From positions 1 to 62,443 of IMG/VR virus record IMGVR_UViG_3300037424_000925: DNA of 62,443 nucleotides; one strand, given 5' to 3'. Shown here piece by piece: positions 36,759-47,463 of this stretch. The stretch's first letter is position 1. Each line of letters opens with the position of its first letter. This DNA comes from a virus. Its lineage: Duplodnaviria; Caudoviricetes. The position numbers and the translations under genes were made by a program. A model generated the notes under the pieces. The model was given only the letters and a program-made list of their open reading frames with translations, was not told where the DNA came from and made no database searches.

Positions 36759-37229
36759 ATGGAACAGAGAAGAGGACCATACCCCAGTGTAGGCGCGCGT
36801 AAGCAGTGGTCGGCAAATGATTCGTCCCCCATGATGGCGCTTATTTCAGGGGAGTTTACGGCCAGTAAGCCGGGGTTGCCTATTGGTGCGGCAAACGTGG
36901 CTGGTAAGATTTCAAATGTGTGGCTGTCTGTTGGTGCGAGCGGTAAGGATGATGCACAAACATTATCCGTGACCGCTGATGTGAAGATCAACGGTACTTC
37001 ATGTTTGACGACTGCACCGATTATCGCTCATGTGAGCGGGGAAGCCAGTACAAACAAAACGACCAAGGACGATGCCGATACCGGCGTGACTCAATGTGCA
37101 ATGGATCCGGATGCCAATGATGTATCGTATGGGGATGTTATCACTTGCGATATGACGTTGACCAGGACAGCTTCTCCGACAACGGAGATGGGGACGCTCG
37201 CCATTGTTGTGGAGTTTGAACCCGCATAA
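36759..37229 (+). CDS. Putative virion beta-sandwich protein
   Basis: Thr/Ala/Val-rich, follows capsid gene. Confidence 0.55.
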   Translation: MEQRRGPYPSVGARKQWSANDSSPMMALISGEFTASKPGLPIGAANVAGKISNVWLSVGASGKDDAQTLSVTADVKINGTSCLTTAPIIAHVSGEASTNKTTKDDADTGVTQCAMDPDANDVSYGDVITCDMTLTRTASPTTEMGTLAIVVEFEPA

Positions 37230-37243
37230 CAGAGGAGCAATCG

Positions 37244-37633
37244 ATGAAAGTCGAAATACTTAGTTCGCTAAAAGGATCATCGCTCTGGAGAAAGGGGCTG
37301 GTGTTTGACGACACTATAGCCCCGATCCCAGGCGATATTTTAAAAGAAGTGGAGGCCAGATCTCCCGTTGTGAAAGTGACACGGGAACGGGCTGCAGCCG
37401 AGATACCCATTGCTGCGGTCAAAACCGAAATCGAGATCATAAAATCAGTCGAGGAAGAACCGGATATCATTGTCTCCGAGGACCCCTTGCAAGAGCAAAT
37501 TCCAATAACTGTTCCAGAGAAAGAAGAGTCCGTTCAAAAAGAAACATCCAAGAAGTTTGAATGTAAATTATGCCCGTGGGAGGGGAAAACCGCCCCCGCT
37601 TTAAAACGCCATATGACCTTAGTTCATAAATAG
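37244..37633 (+). CDS. Hypothetical protein with C-terminal C2H2 Zn finger
   Basis: FECKLCPWEGKTAPALKRHMTLVH. Confidence 0.7.
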   Translation: MKVEILSSLKGSSLWRKGLVFDDTIAPIPGDILKEVEARSPVVKVTRERAAAEIPIAAVKTEIEIIKSVEEEPDIIVSEDPLQEQIPITVPEKEESVQKETSKKFECKLCPWEGKTAPALKRHMTLVHK

Positions 37634-37643
37634 GTGAAAGCCG

Positions 37644-38099
37644 ATGACCAGTGATGAAATGATTGTCCAGCTTCAGGCTGAAGTCAAAGGGCTTACGTCC
37701 AGTCTGGCTACCGCAGATTATACAAACGCCATTGCAGCAGCCGAAAGGGATACCGGTTGGGATCTACCGCAGACCACCAATTTAAAAATCTCGTGGTTGC
37801 TTTCAAGAGCCAAGCGACATTTATTTTCCTATTTAATGGCTGAATCTGCGGCCAAGTTCAAGTTTGGTGATATCAATCTTCAGCAGCGATTTGAGCACTA
37901 TCGGTTGCTGATCAAGGATATGGATATGGAATTCAAAGCGGCCCAAGAAGAGTACGCTTTTGAGTTTGCAGGGGTCAGTGCAAGCCAGATCGCAGGCACA
38001 AAGATCGATGCTGGTTTTCAATACGAGCCACAAACGGGCAGAGAGACAACATACGATTCAATTAATACCGTGATTATTACACCGAATGAGAATTCATAA
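37644..38099 (+). CDS. Putative head-tail adaptor
   Basis: Helical 151 aa; synteny. Confidence 0.55.
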   Translation: MTSDEMIVQLQAEVKGLTSSLATADYTNAIAAAERDTGWDLPQTTNLKISWLLSRAKRHLFSYLMAESAAKFKFGDINLQQRFEHYRLLIKDMDMEFKAAQEEYAFEFAGVSASQIAGTKIDAGFQYEPQTGRETTYDSINTVIITPNENS

Positions 38100-38726
38100 A
38101 TGAGCGTTGGCGATGACATAAAAGATGCTTTGTCCGAAGTGGGCGCGGCCTACACGATTGTTCGTGATGCCGGGAATGTCTCAGGCGAGGCAGGCCTCCT
38201 TGAATACTCGGCCCAGGTTACAAAACCACTCACTTTGGAGCATTTTAGGCGGTGTATGGCCCCTTACGATACGCAGATGATCACAGGGGATGTTGTTGAG
38301 TTTGACGTGATAGACCAAAAATTTATTGTCACCAACATGATGGCCAAGATCTTCGAGAATGTGATTGTCAATTATGATTCAGTCCTCTACAAGTGCAATA
38401 TCGCCAGCGGGGAATTATATCGTCCAAGCGGAGAAAGATGGGACGATCCTTACAACCAGTACCACAAGGAAACACAGTGGGAGCTGATCAAAGGGAATTG
38501 TGATGCTATGCAGGTTGCGGCCCTTTACGGGAATGATCTTGAAACGAACCAAGAGATGGCGCTTATTGGGTTGCAGAAAAACGAAGTTCTTCTCCCCCAT
38601 TCTGTGGGCGCCCGGGTGCTGGACCGGTGGCAGCCATATTCTGGAGAATATTACCAAATAAGTACCATAGACCCGAGGCGTTACCCGAATGTAGATGTAT
38701 TGATCATTGAGGAAGATAGACGGTAG
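38100..38726 (+). CDS. Putative head closure protein
   Basis: Duplicated beta-barrel-like pattern; synteny. Confidence 0.5.
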   Translation: MSVGDDIKDALSEVGAAYTIVRDAGNVSGEAGLLEYSAQVTKPLTLEHFRRCMAPYDTQMITGDVVEFDVIDQKFIVTNMMAKIFENVIVNYDSVLYKCNIASGELYRPSGERWDDPYNQYHKETQWELIKGNCDAMQVAALYGNDLETNQEMALIGLQKNEVLLPHSVGARVLDRWQPYSGEYYQISTIDPRRYPNVDVLIIEEDRR

Positions 38727-38770
38727 GCAAGTAAACACGAGAATCCAATCCTCCAGGAGGAAAAAGTACA

Positions 38771-40804
38771 ATGAAAAAACGAGTGCTGTTTGTCGGTGAA
38801 AACCCATTAGGAACAACCGGAAATTCTAATATGCTTTCAGCGATGCTGTCCGACCTGGACTTGGGCAAGTATCAGCCGGGGTGCTTTGTCGTAAATGAAG
38901 TGAACCCGTCCGCTGTGTTATTTGATCCTTTGCCTTTTACATTGGTGAACGGCACAAATCCTTCCGATTATTGGGGTAATCAGCGGCTCATATCTCTTCT
39001 TCAGGAAACTCAGTTCGATTTTCTTTGCATGGTGGGCATAGATTTTTGGCGATACATCCCTGCATGGGACATGATAAAAAAACTTCGGGACGCCAAGAAG
39101 TTCAAGTGGATAGGGATATTCCCATACGATCTCTGGAAAATTAATACCAGCTGGATCAATCGATTGACCGACCTCGACTTCCCTTGCGTTTATTCACAGT
39201 TTGGTTACGACGCTCTCAAGCCTCATGTTCCCCACATCCAATATTATCGCCCACGGTTAAATGGGTGGGAACAGTTCAAGCCCCTCTCTTCCGAGGAAAG
39301 GTTGGCCGCCAAGAAAGAAGTGTTTCCGAACATCCCTATTGGCAAAACTATTTTCGGATTTGTCGGCCAGAATCAGATTCGGAAATCCCCTGAAAGATTA
39401 ATGAAGGCTTTCATGGAAGCGAAGAGAGAGAACCCAGATATCGTTCTGTATCTCCATACTAACATGGAAGGCGTTTTCAACTTAAAACAGATTGCCAAGG
39501 ACAATGGTGCCCAAAACGGGGACCTCGTATCTAAGCAGCAGGGGATATCTTATGACAGAAGGAAGATGCCTGATATTTATAATGCGATGGATTGCTTGAT
39601 AAATTGCAGTATGCAGGAAGGCCTTTCCTGGACGCCCTTGGAGGCTATGGCCTGCGGAACCCCGGTGATAGCTTCAGTAACGACCGCTCAGACCGAGCTT
39701 GTAGATAAGGTTGGGTATCTGGTGCCATGTGATGAGCTTTCTTTCGTCCCCATGACCGGGGAAGGAGAGAATGTATCAGCAGAATCAAGGGCCTGCAAGG
39801 TGGAAGATATCCGGAATGCCATTCTCACAGTAGCCAAGGATGAAATACTCAGGCAATCTATGGGGGAAAAAGGGATTGAACGAGCCAGGGAATGGATGGC
39901 TGGCACGAGCAATATCAACGATCTTTTGGAAACAGCTGGCAAGAAACAAAAGCCAGCGAGCAAAATTGCTGCTGTCTTGTTCGCCCAACATTCCGCTGCC
40001 GGGGATGTTTTGATGACAACCCAGTGCCTCAAGGGGATCAAAGAGCGACACCCTGACCTGCCTCTGGTGTATATGACTCAACGGGCCTTTGCCGGGATAC
40101 TTGAAAACAATCAGTACATCAACGAAATTATCGAGTGGGACGAAAGACTTTTGAGAAAGTTCGCTATTACCTACAACCCCCACGGAGAGAAGATTCTTCC
40201 TGGTGGGTGGAATAATTTGGATGTGACGCTTCACAGTATGTATCCCTACTTCACGAATGTCGATACTGACGAGATATTTATTGATACCGTGAATCCGGAA
40301 GTATTGTGGAAAGAGAAAATTGAGTTCCCCATGGAATACATCGTCGTCCACACAACCGGGGGTAGCAAGGAATATCGAACCTATCCCCACATGGAACAGG
40401 TGATCAAGGGACTAAGCATCCCGACTGTCCAAGTAGGCGGAGCCACAGACTTGAGATGCAATGCCAGTCTGGATCTGTGCGGAAAGACGACCTGGAGGGA
40501 GTCAGCTTACATTATGAAGCACGCAAAAGCGGCCATTGTCGTGGACAGCTTTATGTCTCATCTGGCCGGTGCGGTCGGTACAAACGCTGTGGTCTTATAC
40601 GGCCCGGCGCCAGCGAGAGTTGTGCAACCTCGAATGCAACACGGAGCGAAACTGATCAACCTTCAACCGGATATGCTGAAGGTTTGTGCTATCCTTTCCC
40701 ATTGCTGGAGTAATCCGCCGGGGGGAAAGGTCAAGTGCCAATCGCCCTGCATCGGAACAATAAACCCATTCGCCGTGTCTCAGGCGCTGGAGGGATTGCT
40801 GTGA
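38771..40804 (+). CDS. GT4-GT9 glycosyltransferase fusion
   Basis: NQIRK, EGLSWTPLEAMACGTPVI (GT4); AGDVLMTT, DLCGKTT, DSFMSHLAGA..VVLYGP (GT9). Confidence 0.9.
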   Translation: MKKRVLFVGENPLGTTGNSNMLSAMLSDLDLGKYQPGCFVVNEVNPSAVLFDPLPFTLVNGTNPSDYWGNQRLISLLQETQFDFLCMVGIDFWRYIPAWDMIKKLRDAKKFKWIGIFPYDLWKINTSWINRLTDLDFPCVYSQFGYDALKPHVPHIQYYRPRLNGWEQFKPLSSEERLAAKKEVFPNIPIGKTIFGFVGQNQIRKSPERLMKAFMEAKRENPDIVLYLHTNMEGVFNLKQIAKDNGAQNGDLVSKQQGISYDRRKMPDIYNAMDCLINCSMQEGLSWTPLEAMACGTPVIASVTTAQTELVDKVGYLVPCDELSFVPMTGEGENVSAESRACKVEDIRNAILTVAKDEILRQSMGEKGIERAREWMAGTSNINDLLETAGKKQKPASKIAAVLFAQHSAAGDVLMTTQCLKGIKERHPDLPLVYMTQRAFAGILENNQYINEIIEWDERLLRKFAITYNPHGEKILPGGWNNLDVTLHSMYPYFTNVDTDEIFIDTVNPEVLWKEKIEFPMEYIVVHTTGGSKEYRTYPHMEQVIKGLSIPTVQVGGATDLRCNASLDLCGKTTWRESAYIMKHAKAAIVVDSFMSHLAGAVGTNAVVLYGPAPARVVQPRMQHGAKLINLQPDMLKVCAILSHCWSNPPGGKVKCQSPCIGTINPFAVSQALEGLL

Positions 40805-41553
40805 TAATAGGATGTAAATGTCTCAACGAACAGTATTCAGTAAAGCCGGTAATCGGAGACATCCACGACGAACCGTGGGTGGAGAAGATCATCGTAATTG
40901 ACGGATGCTCATCTGATGACACAGTCCATGAGCTGAAACAGTTTCCGAAGGTGCAAGTCTTTCAGCATAAGTGGGAAAAATGGTTCCACGCTCAGGAAGT
41001 CATTCAGTCGAATATCCTGCTTCAGTATATCCCGGTCGGGGAAACCTTCTTCATCCTGGATTTTGACGAGCAATGTTCTCCCGAGCTGAAAGCCCTACTT
41101 GCCGACATTGACGAAAAGGGGATGCCGGACGATGTGGACTGCGTGCATGTTTCCAGGAAATCCTACGAGCTGATGCGGTTCCCCGGATCGCCCTTTGCGA
41201 TACCGGACACCTCAAATGGATTTTGGGTGAAGTCTCACCAGATAGGCCAGTATCCGGATTACCAACTCAGGATTATCCGGCGCCAACTCGGGATGCAATG
41301 GGTAAATTCACCGCACCATGTCATGTTTGGGATGCAGGAAGGCTTATTTACAAACAAAAACATCCAGGCGGATCTAATCCATTATCATGGGAAAGAAGAC
41401 GCCAGGGACCGAGAAGGGATTGAGCGCCAGTGGGTTAGACACCAGGCGACCAGAGCCAGGTTGGGACTCGAAGCAGACATCTTCGAAGGCGATGTGAAGC
41501 CCGAACTGGCAAAATACGCAAACCCCGAATATTGGGAGGAGAAAGGATTATGA
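40801..41553 (+). CDS. GT2 glycosyltransferase
   Basis: NE, IIVIDGCSSDDT, LDFDE, YPDYQLR. Confidence 0.85.
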   Translation: MIIGCKCLNEQYSVKPVIGDIHDEPWVEKIIVIDGCSSDDTVHELKQFPKVQVFQHKWEKWFHAQEVIQSNILLQYIPVGETFFILDFDEQCSPELKALLADIDEKGMPDDVDCVHVSRKSYELMRFPGSPFAIPDTSNGFWVKSHQIGQYPDYQLRIIRRQLGMQWVNSPHHVMFGMQEGLFTNKNIQADLIHYHGKEDARDREGIERQWVRHQATRARLGLEADIFEGDVKPELAKYANPEYWEEKGL

Positions 41554-42257
41554 CATTCATAGACGAACATTGGACCAGTATCCAACCAGCGGTTCCAGAG
41601 GGCAACTCAGGTGCAGAGTGTGTTGCGAAAAGTTTTCTGTACCCGTGGAACCATGATAACGCCAATATGGATATGATTTGCAGGGCCATCAAAATACTCA
41701 ATCCGAAAGTGGTGATCGAGCTCGGCACTTTTGAAGGGTTCGGGACGGAGAAGATGGCGAGAGCCATGTCTGGAGGTAAACTCTACACGTTTGATGCAGG
41801 GGAGGCCCCGGTAGATTGTCTTGGGGAGACCTATGGTGTCACGAAAGAATTCAAATACAAAAAATGGATGGTGGATTGGAAAAACATCACGTTCCCAGGG
41901 TGGGATTCTTTCGGGACAGTAATCGACAAAAGAACTGAGAGGGTCAATGCTGATTATGGGGGTGTGAAAGTCGCTTTCATCGAAGGCATGACGTTCGACA
42001 CGCTTCCGAAACAAATGCCGAAAATAGGGAAGTGGGACTTTTTGTTCCAGGACACGCTGCATTATCTTGACTTCATCGTTAAGGAATGGAAGTTGGTGAA
42101 AAAATACAGCAAAACGGGGAGCGTGATCGTTTTCGATGATGTTTCCCTTAAGACAGGTGGCCAAGACACGATTGACTATTTCGAAACAAACGAAAAGACG
42201 TGGCAATGGCGCCACACACCGATTGGCCATGGGCAGCTTTGGGGGGTTAAAAAATAA
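41550..42257 (+). CDS. Class I SAM methyltransferase (Methyltransf_24-like)
   Basis: VIELGTFEGFGT, DFLFQDTLH, GSVIVFDD. Confidence 0.8.
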   Translation: MTFIDEHWTSIQPAVPEGNSGAECVAKSFLYPWNHDNANMDMICRAIKILNPKVVIELGTFEGFGTEKMARAMSGGKLYTFDAGEAPVDCLGETYGVTKEFKYKKWMVDWKNITFPGWDSFGTVIDKRTERVNADYGGVKVAFIEGMTFDTLPKQMPKIGKWDFLFQDTLHYLDFIVKEWKLVKKYSKTGSVIVFDDVSLKTGGQDTIDYFETNEKTWQWRHTPIGHGQLWGVKK

Positions 42258-43849
42258 TGGCGGTTGTCCTCGGCGCAAGCTACGGTCATAACGGGTCCGC
42301 GTGCATAGTCAAGGATGGGAAAATCCTTGTAGCGCTGAGTTCTGAGCGATTGTCTCGGCATAAGGCGTCTCACGGCGTCACAGAAGAATTGATCGATTAC
42401 CTATTCTCCAGTGTGAATATGGGGCCAGAGGATATTGATTGCATAGCATTGGGCGATTGGCACTCTGATTTTGCTTTCCATGACATCCAAGTTATGCAGA
42501 ACGGGGAGCCCATTCCCTGCCTATGGAATACTGTTTACGACAACACGACAGTCCGCCTTGAGGCAAGTTTGTGGGGGAGAACGTATCCTGCTTACCATAT
42601 TGGGCATCAGAAGAGTCACGCTGCATCGGCATATTACACAAGTCCTTTTGACGAAGCATACTGTTTTAGCATGGACGCTTGTGGAGCGAAACATAAGAAT
42701 AACTCGTTAGTATCCTATGGCTACGGTAACAAGTTCTGGTCTTTATATTGTCCATGGTTGCATGTAGGAGTTGCCTACGGCTTCTTCACGGAATGGCTTG
42801 GGATAGGCACGCAGATATTTAAGGCCGGGGCTACCATGGCACTTGCCGGATACGGCGAAGTCCTTCCGAAGGTGAGAGACAATTTAGCTTCCTATGTCAA
42901 TGGATGCTTTCTCTCGGAGGACCGGGATTATTATCAATGGTATATTGGATTATGGAGGGATTTGACAGGATCTCCTGATCATCTTAAACCGGAAGATTCG
43001 GATTCAAAGCGAGCGATGGATATCGCGGCGACGATTCAGTTTATTTTCAGTCATGCAGTTCTGCAATGCGTAAACAATATCGATGCTGATGGCGTCAAAA
43101 ACCTTTGCCTTAGCGGTGGGTCAATGCTGAATTGCACGGCCAATTCTTTTGTTTTGCAGCATGGGCAATTCGATAATGTTCATTTATTCCCTGGTTGCGG
43201 GGATGAAGGCTTGAACATCGGGACAGCGTTGTACGTTGCCCATCATATCCTGGGGGAACCGAGACAGAAATACACAGATGGAGAGGTTTGCTTCTTGGGC
43301 CCGGCCAAAAAAACTGTGGAACCTGACTACGCATATCTTGCAAAAGAAATCGCGGATGGAAAAATTGTGGCCTGGTGTAACGGCAGGGCCGAATACGGAC
43401 CAAGAGCATTAGGGAACCGTTCACTTCTGGCTGATCCCAGAGATGAGAAGAACTTAGAGAAGATCAACTTCGAGATTAAACACCGCGAATGGTATCGGCC
43501 ATTGGCGCCGGTGGTCATGGAAGAGCATGCTTCCGATTGGTTTGATTTCCCAACCAAGAGTCCCTTCATGCTTTTTACCATGCAGATAAAAGATCCGTCT
43601 AAAATCCCTGCGGTCAACCATGTCGATAATTCCGCACGGATACAGACTGTCAGCGAAAAGAGCAACCCCCACTATTACAGACTGATAAAGGCATTTTACG
43701 ATATCACAGGTGTCCCCGTATTGGTGAATACCAGCCTGAACGTAAACGGTGAGCCCATGGTGGAGTCGGATGAGGATGCCCTTAGATTCTTCAATAATAG
43801 TGATCTGGTAGACATCCTTGTTCTGCACGGGAAGGTTTTGAAGAAATGA
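42257..43849 (+). CDS. Carbamoyltransferase (NodU/CmcH family)
   Basis: HNGSAC, ERLSRHK, HQKSHAASAY, EYGPRALGNRS, KHREWYRPLAP, HVDNSARIQTV, NTSLN. Confidence 0.95.
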   Translation: MAVVLGASYGHNGSACIVKDGKILVALSSERLSRHKASHGVTEELIDYLFSSVNMGPEDIDCIALGDWHSDFAFHDIQVMQNGEPIPCLWNTVYDNTTVRLEASLWGRTYPAYHIGHQKSHAASAYYTSPFDEAYCFSMDACGAKHKNNSLVSYGYGNKFWSLYCPWLHVGVAYGFFTEWLGIGTQIFKAGATMALAGYGEVLPKVRDNLASYVNGCFLSEDRDYYQWYIGLWRDLTGSPDHLKPEDSDSKRAMDIAATIQFIFSHAVLQCVNNIDADGVKNLCLSGGSMLNCTANSFVLQHGQFDNVHLFPGCGDEGLNIGTALYVAHHILGEPRQKYTDGEVCFLGPAKKTVEPDYAYLAKEIADGKIVAWCNGRAEYGPRALGNRSLLADPRDEKNLEKINFEIKHREWYRPLAPVVMEEHASDWFDFPTKSPFMLFTMQIKDPSKIPAVNHVDNSARIQTVSEKSNPHYYRLIKAFYDITGVPVLVNTSLNVNGEPMVESDEDALRFFNNSDLVDILVLHGKVLKK

Positions 43850-44820
43850 ATATCGAAGGCAAAATAATTCTAATCACAGGCGGCAAAGGATTTTTGGGAT
43901 CCTATATGGCCGAAAGGTTTTTATCCCTTGGGGCTAAATCGATTGTGATTCCTACCCGAGACATCAAAAGTGTCTCCACGTTAGAGATTTTGGGTATCGC
44001 CAACTCCCCCAGGGTAAGCATAATCAAAGGCGATATCAGGGATTATGAGTTTCTACGGATGCTGTTCTGCGAATACGAACCAGATGTTGTTGCCCATTTG
44101 GCGGCATTATCGGAGGTCAGGAAGTGCCAGGACGACGCCAAGTTGGCGTTGGACATTAATCTTCATGGGACCATATCGCTATTGGAAATAATCAGATTAT
44201 ATGGCCATTCGGGTGCGGTCATCGTAGCAAGTTCAGACAAGGCCTATGGGAAGGGTGAGTTGCCGTATAAGGAAGGCCAGCCCCTGCACGGGGGAGGCGT
44301 GTATGAGGTTTCCAAGTCCTGCATGGACATGATCGCTCGGGCGTATGCTTCAAATTACGGGTTGCCTGTGGTGGTTACGAGATGTTGTAATCTGTACGGA
44401 GGGTATGACCTGAACTTTTCAAGGATTATCCCGAACACGATTCGACAATTATTGAGAGGGCAGCGCCCCCTGATTTGGACGGGAAGCGAATTGGCAAGGC
44501 GAGAGTTTTTATACATTGACGATGCGGTGTCGGCGTACCAGGCATTAATTGAGAGCATTGAGATAGCCAAAGGGGAGGCCTACAACGTGGGCGGTGGGGA
44601 TATTCTTTCGATTGGTTATTTGGTGGATTCAATTATATCGGCCTTTGGGACGGACATTAAGCCGGAATATCGGACGAAGGATTTCCCCGAAATATCCGAC
44701 CAGTATTTGGATTCAAATAAGATAACAGAAGAAATCGGTTGGGAGGCAACCACCGATTTTGCAACGGGTCTATCCAAAACAATCGAAGATTATAAATCAA
44801 TCAAATGGAGGTTGATATGA
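43846..44820 (+). CDS. NDP-sugar 4,6-dehydratase/epimerase (extended SDR)
   Basis: TGGKGFLG, HLAA, SSDKAYG, YEVSK, RCCNLYG. Confidence 0.9.
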   Translation: MNIEGKIILITGGKGFLGSYMAERFLSLGAKSIVIPTRDIKSVSTLEILGIANSPRVSIIKGDIRDYEFLRMLFCEYEPDVVAHLAALSEVRKCQDDAKLALDINLHGTISLLEIIRLYGHSGAVIVASSDKAYGKGELPYKEGQPLHGGGVYEVSKSCMDMIARAYASNYGLPVVVTRCCNLYGGYDLNFSRIIPNTIRQLLRGQRPLIWTGSELARREFLYIDDAVSAYQALIESIEIAKGEAYNVGGGDILSIGYLVDSIISAFGTDIKPEYRTKDFPEISDQYLDSNKITEEIGWEATTDFATGLSKTIEDYKSIKWRLI

Positions 44821-45116
44821 AACTGATGTGCCTAAATTGTGGAAGGTATTTCTCAATGGAATACCCGATTGTGTCGTTCCAAACAGTTTGCCCTTACTGT
44901 AAGGATTCTTATTTCGTTGACAATGTCGTCCCTGGGATTCCACCTGACATCTCCGAAGCTGTCAAGGTGGACCTCCCGTGTGGCCACAGCATAGTGTCCG
45001 ATATGGTAAAGGACATTGTGGCTTGCCCAGTATGCGGTGTTCCCGCCAGTTTCACGGAAGGCGCGAGCTTAAAAGAATGGCAAAACAACGAAATCGAAAG
45101 GAGGGTGGGGATATGA
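44817..45116 (+). CDS. Double Zn-ribbon protein
   Basis: CLNC..CPYC..PCGH..CPVC. Confidence 0.6.
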   Translation: MKLMCLNCGRYFSMEYPIVSFQTVCPYCKDSYFVDNVVPGIPPDISEAVKVDLPCGHSIVSDMVKDIVACPVCGVPASFTEGASLKEWQNNEIERRVGI

Positions 45117-46177
45117 AATCAATGTCATTGGCATTTACCGGATATGCGCACCCGCTGGGAGAAACAAGCTATTACGGCGCCGAACGGATCATTTGGTATC
45201 TCATGCAGGAGCTGATGAAGCTGGGACATACATGCACACTGTTTTCGGTCAAAGGCTGTGTGGTTCCTGGTGTCGAGTTCATTGAAATGCCGAAACCCTG
45301 GGATGATCAGAAGGATCTTTATTATGAGGCCATCGAAGCGAAAGAAGCTGTAAACGGAGCGCCGTTCGACATGATCCACAGTTTTCAGGCTTCTGGTTTC
45401 ATCGATCCCAGACTGAGGGAAAAGCCTTATTGTCTGTACCCATTTATGGGGTTCAGGCCCTTCCAGGAGAACTTGATCGCGTATTCGAAGAGGATGAACG
45501 AAGTGCATAACAATAAAGGCACCTTGATTTATCCTGGGCTGCCGGATACCGGACTACCGATTGACGAACCGTCCGATTACCTCGCATGGGTAGGCCGGAT
45601 AGACGCGGGCAAAGACCCTGCCATAGCGATAGAGGTGGCCAAAAGAGCAGGCGTTAGGATCGTCCTGATGGGGCCTTCCTATCACTATCCGTACTTCCAT
45701 GACCATATCTGGAAACACATAGACGGAGATCGGGTGATTTGGCTCAGGGGCGTGGATGACGAAATCAAGTACAAAGTGCTCAGGAAAGCCAAAGGGTTGC
45801 TCCAGACGAATTGGTCGGCTTACCACGAGATGTTCGGTATAACCATGACGGAAGCATTGTCGTGTGGTGTGCCTGTCATTGGCTGGGGGCATAAAACCCA
45901 ACCCTCCGCAGTTAATTATCAGGGTGGAGAGGTCATTACTCACGGTGAGCATGGATTCATCAACGAATATGACGATTACTCTGACGCATCGAAAGAGGCG
46001 TCCACCAATAGAGCGGTCGAATATGTGAACCAACTGGACAATATCGACAGAGCCAAATGCCGCCAATTATTCTTGGATAAGTTTACTGCCAGGGAAATGG
46101 CGGAAAAGCACCTGAAATATTACCAGATCATCAAAGAAAGGGGTCGCGTCTATGACGTGACGGGAGAGCTATGCTGA
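45113..46177 (+). CDS. GT4 glycosyltransferase
   Basis: YYGAER, WVGRIDAGK, EMFGITMTEALSCGVPVI. Confidence 0.9.
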   Translation: MKSMSLAFTGYAHPLGETSYYGAERIIWYLMQELMKLGHTCTLFSVKGCVVPGVEFIEMPKPWDDQKDLYYEAIEAKEAVNGAPFDMIHSFQASGFIDPRLREKPYCLYPFMGFRPFQENLIAYSKRMNEVHNNKGTLIYPGLPDTGLPIDEPSDYLAWVGRIDAGKDPAIAIEVAKRAGVRIVLMGPSYHYPYFHDHIWKHIDGDRVIWLRGVDDEIKYKVLRKAKGLLQTNWSAYHEMFGITMTEALSCGVPVIGWGHKTQPSAVNYQGGEVITHGEHGFINEYDDYSDASKEASTNRAVEYVNQLDNIDRAKCRQLFLDKFTAREMAEKHLKYYQIIKERGRVYDVTGELC

Positions 46178-46719
46178 CAGTCGAGATAGTAAACAGTACG
46201 GTCAGGCCCGGGTTTGAAAAAAACGTAGCCTATGTGGAACAATATCTCGAAGGCGTTGGGCTTGATATGGGTTGCGGCAGTTGTCCTTTGATGAAACCGA
46301 ACTGCCTGCACTTTGATGTTTCACCGCAGCCGGTGGCCGTCGATCAGGTTGGGGGCAATTTCTTCCAGGCTGACGCCACACAATTATTGTCGATGGTTCC
46401 CGAAGGATATGCTGACTATGTATTTTCGTCTCACATGGTGGAAGACCTTCCCACCAAGGAGGCGATTGTGCAATGCCTTCTAAGATGGTCTATCTATTTA
46501 AGGGCTGGGGGGTTCATCGTCCTTCTTATCCCCGATATGGAAGGCCACAGATATCCTACGGTGGAAGAAGGGGGGAACTGCTCCCACAAGGTCAATGTGG
46601 GAAGAGAGCTGTTTGAATCGATGGAGATGGATCTCAAAGGGTTGAAGCTGGTGCAAATTGACACCATCCCCCACGAAACGAGCGAAACGATGGACATCGT
46701 ATTCATGAAGGAAAGGTAA
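46171..46719 (+). CDS. Class I SAM methyltransferase
   Basis: GLDMGCG, DYVFSSHMVED, LRAGG..VLLIP. Confidence 0.8.
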   Translation: MLTVEIVNSTVRPGFEKNVAYVEQYLEGVGLDMGCGSCPLMKPNCLHFDVSPQPVAVDQVGGNFFQADATQLLSMVPEGYADYVFSSHMVEDLPTKEAIVQCLLRWSIYLRAGGFIVLLIPDMEGHRYPTVEEGGNCSHKVNVGRELFESMEMDLKGLKLVQIDTIPHETSETMDIVFMKER

Positions 46720-46722
46720 AAT

Positions 46723-47463
46723 ATGATCTACGACGAACAAATAGAAACCCAACCGATGGGAGACAAGCGAGTCTTGAATTACCTGGAAGCCAAGAATTAC
46801 CATAGGTGTCTCGATATCGGGGGTGTGCATAGGCCATGGGCATCCAAGTTCGTTACGACCTATGTTGACATGATCACGTTTGACAAATGGAAACTGAGAT
46901 ACCCGGATATGTACAACCCGCATCCTGAAGTTTGGGGCTCTAAACTGATTCTGGGCGATTGTGAAGATGAAGCTGTCTGGAACGAGCTCAAAAGAGATGT
47001 TGAGCTGAACGGAAAATATGATTTTATCATCAGCACGCAAACGATTGAGCATTTAACCCGTCCCGGCGATTTACTGAAGAGATTACCTGAAATCGCGGAC
47101 GAGGGCTATATCAGTTCCCCAAGCAAATATGTTGAGCTGGGGAGAGGCCGTGAGTTCGAAGACGAAGGATTGGCAAGATGTGGCATGGCCGGTCATTACC
47201 GGGGATGTTTCCCCCACAGATGGATCTTTACAATTAAAAACAAGGTTCTCTGGGGATTCCCAAAACTGAGCGCCATTGAGACGATGGACTTCGGACCTCT
47301 TGAGCAAAAGCTCCAACATTATCAACCGATGGAATGGGGTACGCTTGGATTTATGTGGAAAAACGACATCCCAGTTAGAATCATTGATGATTTGGACATA
47401 GGCCTTCCGAATCCGCAGACGGCAATCGAATTATATCGAAAAGAACTGAGCGAGGGGTTATGA
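46723..47463 (+). CDS. Methyltransferase-fold protein
   Basis: LDIGG, YDFIISTQTIEH, HRW. Confidence 0.75.
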   Translation: MIYDEQIETQPMGDKRVLNYLEAKNYHRCLDIGGVHRPWASKFVTTYVDMITFDKWKLRYPDMYNPHPEVWGSKLILGDCEDEAVWNELKRDVELNGKYDFIISTQTIEHLTRPGDLLKRLPEIADEGYISSPSKYVELGRGREFEDEGLARCGMAGHYRGCFPHRWIFTIKNKVLWGFPKLSAIETMDFGPLEQKLQHYQPMEWGTLGFMWKNDIPVRIIDDLDIGLPNPQTAIELYRKELSEGL

